NCBI GenBank assembly: GCA_948896235.1
Contig: CAQUUC010000004.1
Coordinates: 65,554 to 129,553 of the forward strand
Origin: an uncultured Clostridia bacterium
GTDB taxonomy: Bacteria > Bacillota > Clostridia > TANB77 > CAG-508
Reading direction: 5' to 3'
Length of the DNA: 64,000 nucleotides
The notes beneath the pieces are model-generated. The model saw only the letters and a list, made by a program, of their open reading frames with translations, did no database searches and was not told the origin of the DNA. Of the stretch, positions 11,501-20,711 are shown one piece after another (within the stretch, counting starts at the first letter, position 1; each line of letters starts with the position of its first letter). Made by a program: the position numbers and the translations under genes.

Positions 11501-13990
11501 TCAAGTTCAACATTTAAGTTTGGTGTAAGCGAAGAAGATTATTTAAATGGATTAAGAGGAATGTACCAAAACGGAATTGATTATAAAAATCCTCTAGTAA
11601 CAAGTGGAATAGAAACAGACAATTATGATTTGAATATGAGAACAGAAGAAGTCGCTAATGGTCAAAATACATCTTACAATTCAGGAGTAACAGGTAAAGT
11701 AGATGGAAATTATCAAGTAAATGACAACTATAATTTAGCTGAAGCAGATAGATTAAAAATAAAAGTAACATATAAAATTGCAATTAGAAATGAATCTTCT
11801 GTAACAGGAGCTATTACAGAACTTGTAGACTATTATGATACAAATTATAAATTTGTAGAGGCATATGTAGGAGATGTAAATGGAAATAAAACAGGTGATG
11901 TAACAAAATATGATAATTCAATGTATGCAAACTCAGAATATAAATCTACAAAAAATGCATATACTACAATTTATTTAAGACCAAATGTAGAACAAAGATT
12001 AGATAATGCACAAGAACAATATATATACGTTGTATTAGAATTAATTGGACCATCTGGAGATGCTGGAACATTATTAACAAATAAATTATTAAATGATAAT
12101 TCAACATTAAATACAATGAACTTAGTAGAAATAAATGGATATAAAACCTACAATTCTAAAACAGACAGTACTACACCAGGATTAATAGATAAAGATTCAA
12201 ATCCAGGAAACTTAAACATTAGTAATATAGATGCTCTAACACAAGACAATATTATAAAATATCCAAATATAAGAGCAATGTATGAAGATGATACAAACCG
12301 TGCACCAGTACTTATTTACAAAACTACAAACTCAAAAACAATTGAAGGAACAGTATTTGAAGACTCAACTGGAAAAACTAATGTAGTAACAGGCGCCGAA
12401 AGAAGCGGAAATGGAAAATTAGACTCAGGTGAAACTGGTATACGTGGTGTAATAGTAGAGTTGATTGAAATTAAAAATAACGAAATGATAGTAAGAGCTA
12501 CAACAAAAACAAATCAAAATGGTTGGTATGGATTTACAGGATTTATTCCAGGAGACTATGTAATAAGATATACATATGGAGCAGATAATGATACAGCACT
12601 TTCAAATTCATCAGTATTTGAAAAAGGATTAAATGATAAATCATACAACGGTCAAGACTATCAAGCTACTACATACACTGTAAAAGGAGATACTGCTCAA
12701 GTTAACCCTAAAACAGATTCTAATTTAATTAAAAGATATACAGACAATCATAATGCAAAAAATAGTGAAGAATCAACAGTTCAAGTAACAAGTACTATGA
12801 CAATTGATAAACACAATAATTACTGGTATACAGTAGCAGATGCTAAATCTGATGCAAAAGATTATGCATATAGAGTAAATCAAATAATTGATTATTCTAA
12901 GAAAGAATATGGAAGAGAAATTACAAACCATAAAGCAGAAGTATTTAATGCATATGTTAAACCACAACCAGATCATATTAATAATGCTGATGCAAATAAA
13001 AAACTTGTAAATGAGTTAGAAAGAAGAACATATCGTTATGCATATACACCTGTAATCGAAGTTGAAGTAGAGTATGCTAAAAAAGATACAACAGGCAACA
13101 AAGAGGAAAGTCACAAAATAATGGGAGTAGACTTTGGAATTGTTGAAAGACCAAAATCTGAATTAACGATAGACCAAGATGTAAAACACATTAAAGTAAC
13201 ATTAGCAGATGGAAGAGTTCTATTTGATACAGAAACAGGGACAGACAACTTACAATGGATTGCAAAAGGAGATATCAATAAATACGACAAAAATGAATTA
13301 GTTAATGTTATTATGGATGAAGAATTAATTAATGGTGCAACTATTGAAATAACATATAACATAACAGTAAGAAACAACAGTGAAGTAGGTACAGAAACAA
13401 CACGTGCAAAAACTATTTTAAACTATGTAGCAAACAATTTAAATTATGACCAAGCAGATAATGGAAACTTATGGAAGGTTGTATCAAAAGATAGCGTACA
13501 AAATGATAAAAACTCAACACTTGTAAACAATACAATAGTAGACTTAAGTACACAAAGTGTAATATTACAAGCAACTGAGGAAAATCCACTTGCAAATACA
13601 AACTTAAAACCAGGACAACAAGTAACTACAGAACTTAAATTGAAGAAAGTATTATCAACGGAAAGTTCAACTGATGATTTAACTTATACAAACATGTCAG
13701 AAATAGTAGAAATAGATAATACAATTGGTAGATATGATCACCAAGCAACACCAGGAAATCAAAAACTAGAATTACAACCTAGAGAACACGATACATCTGG
13801 AGCAAGTAAATATACATCATTTGATAGTACAAACCAACCAGATACAAAATATCCACCAGATGGAGTAATTATAGTAACACCACCAACAGGATCAAACTAC
13901 ATCTATTATGTAATAGGAATAACTGGGGCATTAATATTAGCGGTAGGAATATTCTTAATCAAAAAGTTTGTAATAGACAAGAGAAAATAA
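8600..13990 (+). CDS. Giant secreted cell-surface protein (1796 aa) with a Cys/His-rich central module and CnaB/SdrD-like domains; C-terminal membrane anchor
   Basis: Signal peptide (MESIKKYKKILLVLIFILLISISMKVQG). About 240 aa region dense in Cys and His (HPYHIGNCDEGGPGTCF...HSHTDACYSEGHTHNDLCY...). Repeated GKxNxxxGxxDSGExG modules. C-terminal ..TPPTGSN plus TM helix plus KKFVIDKRK. Starts 17 nt after the previous giant gene. Confidence 0.8.
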   Translation: MESIKKYKKILLVLIFILLISISMKVQGYEFTAKNTARGTFKPYAADPAGSWTFYCAQHHNPYRADLPAGYDEGATYGEWCEICGEDTASKPTGFDTEKYSMKYNWTSTIDERYYQDAAYVIATAYEEGKITDQSTQYSLWNTAVNTGKADDNKGVYGREAVAYKNFYNDIHVDKTDIYSSKIYDKTTINDVTVEVDQNSKTYIVGPFTIEYPNGDYVEEGTSRQQKWSYITNIELLNQDGNAIGNVLNNTIDIIDDSGNELRDTLHNNNFPNSNVPFYVRFSSTLGDINQMRLRVNFQYLESCTATLQQYDGAMYRWVWNEVDSGKRCAWGHPTKTWKLSVTNAGTPQRLVAWQYIENNIRANGRASKNIKYASLIVAPQGIDLTMKISGQVFLDRDNGKVNTGNNIMDGKNEVLPGVEVVLYDATTNQVVTKTNRTSQYHIHNSTCYELKPSTILVTNPDHPYHIGNCDEGGPGTCFETPAKHVHSGSPEPVAIGTHSHTDACYSEGHTHNDLCYEKRTYGQAQDGCTSGDYGWQNGVKCPHGYTYGKHETKTLICGKNETSKELTCGYEEGEMMYSGSGCYTKPVYHTHKDTCYTGGGECGGKISESEPYHSGCFDNDGDGLCDRGGQACANAGNPGHWDTTKTCSKCSNPVGNAGESCRNTSGTPTLTCGFNEGQVERFDLNCGFSGSETFGWELSCTIPTLIGKTTNQKVLTCGQSGTITGNTSKTLVNPVITNDNGYYEFAGLDAMKKYYVKFVYNGMLYTNVLYNSNNADNVSKADETSRYDYRTPFNNKFAEIGSYPSNYTIVKKIFDNEHFKDGKNKVYLQEDIADIFKRISEKMVNTHTGDCTAAAQAVYHDLEGSYTSQEEKVELQRKIQFAVDCRIESQTVRNYPLIEQFTISTVGKKIGNVFYPPIYSGTYNQLHVNLGTKARTTFDMTLYKDVLKAEVSINGKTETYNYDSRKSSSTFKFGVSEEDYLNGLRGMYQNGIDYKNPLVTSGIETDNYDLNMRTEEVANGQNTSYNSGVTGKVDGNYQVNDNYNLAEADRLKIKVTYKIAIRNESSVTGAITELVDYYDTNYKFVEAYVGDVNGNKTGDVTKYDNSMYANSEYKSTKNAYTTIYLRPNVEQRLDNAQEQYIYVVLELIGPSGDAGTLLTNKLLNDNSTLNTMNLVEINGYKTYNSKTDSTTPGLIDKDSNPGNLNISNIDALTQDNIIKYPNIRAMYEDDTNRAPVLIYKTTNSKTIEGTVFEDSTGKTNVVTGAERSGNGKLDSGETGIRGVIVELIEIKNNEMIVRATTKTNQNGWYGFTGFIPGDYVIRYTYGADNDTALSNSSVFEKGLNDKSYNGQDYQATTYTVKGDTAQVNPKTDSNLIKRYTDNHNAKNSEESTVQVTSTMTIDKHNNYWYTVADAKSDAKDYAYRVNQIIDYSKKEYGREITNHKAEVFNAYVKPQPDHINNADANKKLVNELERRTYRYAYTPVIEVEVEYAKKDTTGNKEESHKIMGVDFGIVERPKSELTIDQDVKHIKVTLADGRVLFDTETGTDNLQWIAKGDINKYDKNELVNVIMDEELINGATIEITYNITVRNNSEVGTETTRAKTILNYVANNLNYDQADNGNLWKVVSKDSVQNDKNSTLVNNTIVDLSTQSVILQATEENPLANTNLKPGQQVTTELKLKKVLSTESSTDDLTYTNMSEIVEIDNTIGRYDHQATPGNQKLELQPREHDTSGASKYTSFDSTNQPDTKYPPDGVIIVTPPTGSNYIYYVIGITGALILAVGIFLIKKFVIDKRK

Positions 13991-13994
13991 AATA

Positions 13995-14030
13995 AAAAGG
14001 ACGATTTTTAAAAATCGTCTTTTTTATTTT
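13995..14030 (+). terminator. Rho-independent terminator after surface-protein operon
   Basis: AAAAGGACGATTTTT / AAAAATCGTCTTTT hairpin followed by a T-run. Confidence 0.6.
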
Positions 14031-14276
14031 ATTGCTATTATATTGTTATTCTTTAACTTTAATTTTTAGAATATAAGCAAAAAGCATTGAAAAAAAAGCC
14101 AAAATATTATAAAATACTTCATATAAATAAGTTACCTACAGAAGAAAAAGTCATAAAAGAAAGAGATATGTAAAAACAAGAAGAAAACTTTTTTAAATAA
14201 ATTACTAAATATGACAAACAATTTAAAAACATAAGATTAGAATAAGATATATTTAAAAAAGTGAGAGGTGGTAACA

Positions 14277-16783
14277 ATGTTTCAAAATCTTCGGAGGACA
14301 AGTTGAGGTCCAAGAGGAATTTAATGATAATTATGAAAAAAATTATAAAATAAAAATATTCTTAAAGGATTCATTTACAATTCAAAAAATAGTATTATAC
14401 ATACTTAGTTTTATGCTATCTACCATATCAGGTATAAGTGGTATTGCGCCATTTGGAATTTCAATATTTGCAGCAGTACTATCCAACAAAATACCAGCGT
14501 TAATTGTATATATATTAACAATAATAGGAACTTTTGTTGGATTAGGTAGCGCACAAGCTCTAACATATATATTAACATCCCTTGTTTTTGTTGTAATGAC
14601 TCTAGTATTTAAACCAAGGGAAAGTGAAGAATACCAAAATGAAAAATTAAAACTTCGGTAAGTATGTATTTATATCTACACTTTTAGTACAAGCTTCAAG
14701 TTTTATATTTAAAGATTTTATGGTATATGACCTATTAGTATCAATAGGTGTTGCAATATCATCATACATATTTTATAAAATATTTGCAAATTCAGTAATA
14801 GTAATAAATGAATTTGGAATAAAAAAAGCTTTCGCAATTGAAGAAGTAATAGGTGCTAGTATTTTACTTGCTATATCTGCTTCAAGCTTTAGAGAATTAA
14901 GTATATTTGGGTTTGAAATAAGAACAATATTAAGTATTTTAATAGTTTTAGTATTAGGCTGGAAAAACGGAGTATTAGTTGGTGGAACAACTGGTATTAC
15001 AATAGGAACAATTTTAGGTCTAACCAATATGGAAATGCGGAAGTTTAGAGATAGCATCATATGCACTTTCACGGAATGATTGCGGGAATTTTTTCAAAAC
15101 TTGGAAAAGTTGGGGTAATAGTAGGATTTATATTAGGAAATGGAATTCTTGCATATGTTGCAACAGGAAATATGCGGGGGAACAGTAATATACTTTAAAG
15201 AAATACTAATTGCATCATTAGGTTTATTGTTAGTACCAAATAATATTAGTATAGATATAGAAGAAATACTTGGAAAATCAAAATTATTACCTTCAGGACC
15301 TGTAAGTAGACTCGAAAATAATAAAGAAACAATATATAGATTAAATAATGTATCTGAAACTATTTCTGAAATTGCTGATACATATAAAGAAGCTGCAGCA
15401 ACAGTTGTTGAAGAAGATGAAATACAAGAAAACAAAAACTTAAAAATATTTATAGAAGAGCTACAAAACAATTTAGAGGGATTAGAAGAAAATATTTTAT
15501 ATGAAGATTTACAAAATGAGGAAAATGAAGAAATTTTAAAAGATATTTTTAACCTATTACTAGAATGTGGAAAAATTACAAGAAATGAATTATTAGAAAT
15601 ATTTGCAAATCATAATAACTATATAATAGGCTTTGATAATGTAGAAATTAGTATGAAACTAGAAGAAGATATAAAATGTATTATGGATATTATAAATGAA
15701 ACCTATAAAAAGCTTAAATTAAATTTAATTTATAAGCAAAAGATAGATGAAAATAAACGTAATCTAGGAAATCAATTAGATGGTGTATCAAAAGTAATAT
15801 CTTCACTTGCAGATAGTTTGGAAAAGAATATAGAAGATGAAACCAAAAAATTTATAGCCAAGAGAGAGGAAATAATACTACTGGCAAGAGAGAAAAATAT
15901 AGATATACAAGATTTAAATATAAGACAAGAAAAAACAGGTAGATACATAGTAAATGTATATGTAGATTCATGTATTGGACCGGAAGATAAAAGAGGATGT
16001 TCTGTTCAAGTTATGGAAAAAATACTTTCTAAAGTATTAGGAGAAAAAATAGTATTACAAAAAAGTAATTGTGGCTTCAAAAATGAAACAAATCTATGTG
16101 TAAATACATATGCATCGCTAGATAAATATATATTACAGCTTGGATTATCTAAGAAAACAAAAGATGGTTCAAGTGTGTCAGGAGATTCCTGTTTAACATT
16201 AAAATTAGATGATGGAAAATATCTACTTGCAATAAGTGATGGAATGGGTACAGGACCAAAAGCAAGAGGGGCTAGCCAAATAGCAATAAAAATGTTACAA
16301 AGACTATTATCTAGCGGATTCGATAAGGATACATCAATAGAATTAATAAATTCTACATTATCTCAAACTACTGAAGAAGATACCTTTGCAACTTTAGATA
16401 TTGCAATACTTGACCTTTATGCAGGAAATATAGAATTTATAAAAAATGGGGCATGTCCAACATATATAAAGGAAAATAATAAAAAAGTACAAATAATAAA
16501 AGCATTAACATTACCTGCAGGCATATTAGAAAACATTAATCTAGTAGTGTATGACAAAGATATAGAAGAAAATGATATATTATTAATGTGCTCAGATGGA
16601 ATAATGGAATCAAATACAGAATATCAAAACAAAGAACTATGGCTAAGAGACATCTTAGAAAGTATAGAAACAGATAATGTTCAAAAGATTGCAGATATAA
16701 TAACAAAAGAATCAATAGATAATGGCTACGGTATAGCAAAAGATGATATGACAATTATAGTAGCAAAATTTATAAAAAGATAA
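14277..16783 (+). pseudogene. spoIIE: Stage II sporulation protein E (PP2C phosphatase, membrane); frame broken 5 times (extra C at 14292, 14656, 15038, 15072, 15175)
   Basis: N-terminal multi-TM region (ISGISGIAPFGISIFAAVLS..., GMIAGIFSKLGKVGVIVGF) and C-terminal PP2C domain (LAISDGMGTGPKARGAS...LMCSDGIMES). Pieces lie in ORFs 14413..14661, 14720..15079 and 15140..16783 plus an unlisted N-terminus from ATG 14277 (RBS GAGAGGTGG). Each junction sits at a CGG whose C removal gives Gly and rejoins the frames. Confidence 0.8.
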
Positions 16784-16784
16784 T

Positions 16785-16813
16785 TTGACAAATTTGAATT
16801 ATATGTGTATAAT
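16785..16813 (+). promoter_or_regulatory. Consensus sigma-A promoter (TTGACA-17-TATAAT) driving a small RNA
   Basis: Perfect TTGACA at 16785-16790 and TATAAT at 16808-16813 with a 17 nt spacer, immediately after the spoIIE stop. Confidence 0.55.
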
Positions 16814-16820
16814 AAAATAG

Positions 16821-16906
16821 GAAATGAAAACCACAATTTGTGGTTGCCACATATATTGTAACAACACATCTGCTGGGCAAAGCAAGGATGTGTTGTTTTG
16901 TTTATT
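16821..16906 (+). ncRNA. Putative antisense small RNA (type I antitoxin candidate), about 85 nt, two hairpins, intrinsic terminator
   Basis: Starts about 7 nt after the consensus -10. Hairpin AACCACAA/TTGTGGTT. Terminator hairpin AACAACACATC...GATGTGTTGTT followed by TTTGTTTATT. Convergent with, and overlapping the 3' end of, the minus-strand peptide gene. Confidence 0.4.
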
Positions 16907-17003
16907 CCTTATTCAACAAAATTATGTATATAATCGCTAATAAGGCTACGTTTATAGTTAGGGAAATTCCCAATGCATATATTAAAAATAATATAAATTC
17001 CAT
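16902..17003 (-). CDS. Small hydrophobic peptide, 33 aa (MEFILFLIYALGISLTINVALLAIIYIILLNKE); type I toxin candidate
   Basis: Strong RBS AAAGTGAGGTGG 8 nt before ATG. Single predicted TM helix with charged C-terminal tail. Stop lies inside the shared bidirectional terminator hairpin. Not in the supplied ORF track (too short). Confidence 0.4.
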   Translation of the reverse strand: MEFILFLIYALGISLTINVALLAIIYIILLNKE

Positions 17004-17222
17004 AAACACCACCTCACTTTCTTATAGCTAACACTATAAAGTAAAGTGGCAACACTCTTGCTTATCTCATTTCCTATGATAAATACTATACTATATGTTT
17101 TACAAAAAAGCAAGTAAATAATTTTAATTTTATAAAAACTATTTTTCAGTCTCGTACTTTTCTTTTACTTTAAAGTATGATATAGTATAAAATGTAAAAT
17201 AAACCTTGGAGGTATTAAAAAT

Positions 17223-18743
17223 ATGAGTAGAAGAGCAAAAGGAAAAAGATATGATACTAATGAGAAACTTAATATAAAAAAAGTAATAGCTGTTATCGTT
17301 GCGATTGCTGTAATGGTTATGTTTGTTGTAGGAATTAAAACTCTACTTACTGAAAATCCAATCAAGAATACTGAGCAGACAAGCTATTATCCTGTATATA
17401 CAAACAACAAATGGGGTGTAATTAATCAAAAAGGAGAAATTGTAATTGTACCACAATATGATGAAATGATTACAATACCAAACTCTAAAATAGATTTATT
17501 TATATGTGTTTACGATGTGGATTATGAAAATAATACATACAAAACAAAAGTAATAAATTCAAAAAATGAAGAAAAATTTACAGAATACGAATTAGTTGAA
17601 AGTATAGAAAATATAGATAAAAACAACATTTTATGGTATGAAGAAAATGTTTTAAAAGTTAAAAAAGATGGCTTATATGGATTAATAGATTATTCTGGAA
17701 AACTAATATTACCTACAGAATATTCTAGTATCGAAACTTTAAAAGGAGTAAAAAATAGCATAATAATAAAGAAAAATGACAAAGTAGGCTTATGTGATAA
17801 CAAAGGAAATATAATAGTTTCTCCTGAATATAAGGAAATAAAAGCTATAGAAGAAGATTACAAAAATGGATATATTGTTATAAATAATGATAATTTATAT
17901 GGATTAATAGACTTTACAAAAACTATGATATTAGAGCCTATATATGAAGAAATAAAGCCAGTTTATTCAAGTAATATATTTATCGTAAAAGAAAATGGAA
18001 AACTAAAAGCTATAAATAAAGATAAGAAAACTTTAATAGAAAATAAATTTAATGATGTAAAAGAAATAAATTCAGACAATTTGATTTTTATAAAAAATGG
18101 AAAATATGGAATTATAAATATAAAACAAGAAGAAAAGATAAAAGCAGAATATGATGACTTAAAATATGCATTTGGAGATTATTATATAGCAAAAAAAGGA
18201 AATAAATATGGAATTATAAATCTGTCAAATGAGACATTGTTACCATTTGAATATTCTACAATAGTATACAGAAAAAATGCAGGTTTTATAGAAGCTGAAA
18301 AAGAAGGAAATATAAATACAGAGATTCTAAATAATAAATTAGAAAAAATGCTAGAAGGAATAATAACAGATATAGATGAAATAAAAGCATATATGAGAAT
18401 TAGGATAAATGATGAATATAAATACTATAACTTTAAATTTGAAGAAATAAAAGCTAGTGATGTATTAACCAATACAATGTTTTTAAGCAAAAAAGATGGA
18501 AAATATGGTTTCGTAGATAGTATGGGAAAAGTAGTAATAGACTATATATATGAAGATGCCCAAGAACAAAATTCATATGGTTATGCAGCAGTAAAACAAG
18601 ATGGAAAATGGACATATATAAATAGTAAAGGAGTACAAGGAACAGAAAAATATGAACTAAGAAATAATATAATAATAGACTTCATAGGAAAATGGCATTT
18701 AGCAGAGGACTTAAATTCATACTATTATACAGATGCAGAGTAG
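17223..18743 (+). CDS. Membrane-anchored protein with multiple WG-containing beta-propeller-like repeats (KWG/WG_beta_rep type)
   Basis: N-terminal TM helix (VIAVIVAIAVMVMFVVGI), then about 8 repeats of G(K/L)YG(L/I)I(D/N)..G..I..P.Y..I. Confidence 0.65.
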   Translation: MSRRAKGKRYDTNEKLNIKKVIAVIVAIAVMVMFVVGIKTLLTENPIKNTEQTSYYPVYTNNKWGVINQKGEIVIVPQYDEMITIPNSKIDLFICVYDVDYENNTYKTKVINSKNEEKFTEYELVESIENIDKNNILWYEENVLKVKKDGLYGLIDYSGKLILPTEYSSIETLKGVKNSIIIKKNDKVGLCDNKGNIIVSPEYKEIKAIEEDYKNGYIVINNDNLYGLIDFTKTMILEPIYEEIKPVYSSNIFIVKENGKLKAINKDKKTLIENKFNDVKEINSDNLIFIKNGKYGIINIKQEEKIKAEYDDLKYAFGDYYIAKKGNKYGIINLSNETLLPFEYSTIVYRKNAGFIEAEKEGNINTEILNNKLEKMLEGIITDIDEIKAYMRIRINDEYKYYNFKFEEIKASDVLTNTMFLSKKDGKYGFVDSMGKVVIDYIYEDAQEQNSYGYAAVKQDGKWTYINSKGVQGTEKYELRNNIIIDFIGKWHLAEDLNSYYYTDAE

Positions 18744-18757
18744 AAAAGGAGAAAAGA

Positions 18758-19994
18758 ATGGAACTAAAGACAAAATACCAATATACCTACTTCATATATC
18801 CATACATAATTAATGAAAACAAATATGATAAATATATATTAAAACTATTAAACCGAAAAGATATAAAGGTAAGATTTTTCGAAAAAGAAAAAGATTTAGA
18901 TATATATTCATATTTTTTACCAACAATAAAAGAATTTATGTTTCAGGGATTTGAGTTTAATAAGGAAAAAATAAACAAATTTGAAGAATTCAATAAAGAA
19001 ATGCAAACTATGATACTATCTAAATATCCCTGTACAGTTTTTGAATATAGTATAACAACAGAGCTTCAAGGAAAAGCAGGAGAAGAAGAGGGGATTTTTT
19101 TCAAAATTCAAAAAATAGAATTAATCTGTTTTAATACAGGAATATGTTTTTTGGTAATAAAAACAAATATAGAAGATAGTAAAGAATTTATTGATGTACT
19201 AAACTTTAATTATAAGTTTAGAGACATATATTCAGAATTTAAAGAATTAAAAGAATATGAAAATATAAGACTTCAAACTACGACATTTGGGGATGTTAAG
19301 AAATTAAAAGATCTTATACATGAACTTACTGGAAATGTTCGGAGATGCAAAAATGTTAGATATAAACACAAATAGATTCTTAACATATGCCTATACATGT
19401 ATAGACCAATTAGATTGGAATGAAAATAAATCATTCAAAAATATAGAGTTCGAATTTTTTAAATATGCAAACATATTTCCAAGTTCATATAAATCAAATT
19501 TTGATAAGAAACATATGGAAACACTTTCAAAGTGGCGTTTTATACATACAGGATTTACAAAAGAAGGAATGGCACTTTTAACATCAAGTATAGATGTTCA
19601 TAATTACACGGTATTGCCACACGTATATGAAAATCAACATCTATATACTTATATATTAGTACAATATCAAAAATTGTATCTAAAAAAGATAGAGAATGAA
19701 TTTAAAGATAAAGCTACAATGGAATCAGCAAGAGAAAACTTTATTAAATTTACAAAAAAATTATGGATACAAGAAATAACAAATGATGATGTAGGAACAA
19801 ACATTTATAAAAAAGCACGCCATGTTTGTGAAATTGAAAAGATATATAACAATATAAAAAATAAATTTGATATAGCATATAAAGAATTAAATATTGAAAA
19901 AGAAAATAAAGTTAATAAAATTATTTTGGTTATACTTGGGATTTCTTTATTACTAAATGTAGTTAATTTTATTGCATTACTAAGATTAATGTAA
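18758..19994 (+). pseudogene. Hypothetical protein with C-terminal TM helix; one frameshift (extra C at 19340)
   Basis: ORFs 18692..19375 and 19320..19994 join after removing the C of gttCGGaga (..HELTGNVGDAKMLDINTNRF..). Start at ATG 18758 with RBS AAAAGGAGAAAAG. Confidence 0.55.
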
Positions 19995-20047
19995 GTTGTA
20001 GGTAAGGATTTTTGACAACTATTATGTAACACATTTTAAGGAGGAAA

Positions 20048-20422
20048 ATGATGCAAGTTACTTGTGGAACTGATATTATAGAAATAGATAGAATAAAAGA
20101 ATCAATAGAAAACTTACAAGATAGGTTCTTGTATAGAGTATATACTCAAAATGAAATAAACTACTGTGAAAGCAAAAAAAAGGTAAAGTATCAACACTAT
20201 GCTGCAAGATTTGCAGCAAAAGAAGCGGTATTTAAGGCTATATCCTCGTATTTAGATAATAAATATAATATTGAATGGAAAGATATAGAATTAATTAATG
20301 ACGAAACTGGAAGACCCAAAATTAATTTCGTAAATATGAAAATAGAAGAATTAAAACAATGTGATATAAGCATATCACATTGCAAAGAATATGCAGTAGC
20401 AAATGTAGTTTGTGTGTTTTAG
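20048..20422 (+). CDS. acpS: Holo-[acyl-carrier-protein] synthase (4'-phosphopantetheinyl transferase)
   Basis: GTDIIEIDRI...FAAKEAVFKA...ISISHCKEYAVANVV matches AcpS over its full length (about 124 aa). Confidence 0.8.
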   Translation: MMQVTCGTDIIEIDRIKESIENLQDRFLYRVYTQNEINYCESKKKVKYQHYAARFAAKEAVFKAISSYLDNKYNIEWKDIELINDETGRPKINFVNMKIEELKQCDISISHCKEYAVANVVCVF

Positions 20423-20448
20423 TATGAACGCATTTAAATTTACCAAGT

Positions 20449-20667
20449 TTTAAATTAAATAAAGTAGAATGTAAATGTTGGACTTACTCTTATGGGGATA
20501 ATGATAGCTATTTTAATATAAATAAAGTAGAATATAAACAAATAATCTGTTGCTAGTTTATCTCTGGACCATCTACAAGTTATAATATAAATAAAATAGA
20601 ATATAAAGAGGTCATTATTTTTCAGCAAAAGGAATGAGAATGTAATATAAGTAGATTAGAATAAAAT
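20449..20667. repeat. Four copies of an about 24 nt AT-rich direct repeat (ATAAATAAAGTAGAATRTAAA) at 62-70 nt period in the acpS-tatD intergenic region
   Basis: Copies start at 20449, 20511, 20579 and, degenerate, 20641. Intervening unique segments are 33-42 nt. Confidence 0.5.
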
Positions 20668-20711
20668 ATGTTTAAGTAGTATATCAGATGTGTTAAAGAA
20701 AGTGAGATAGT

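Noticed and set aside
16840-17031. ORF-track entry of 63 aa on the plus strand
   Set aside because: No RBS, runs through the sRNA terminator hairpin, and is antisense to a better-supported peptide gene. Likely spurious.
20449-20667. Repeat and spacer layout considered as a CRISPR array
   Set aside because: Only 3-4 units, repeats differ at several positions, the spacing is irregular, it is extremely AT-rich, and no cas genes are in the window.
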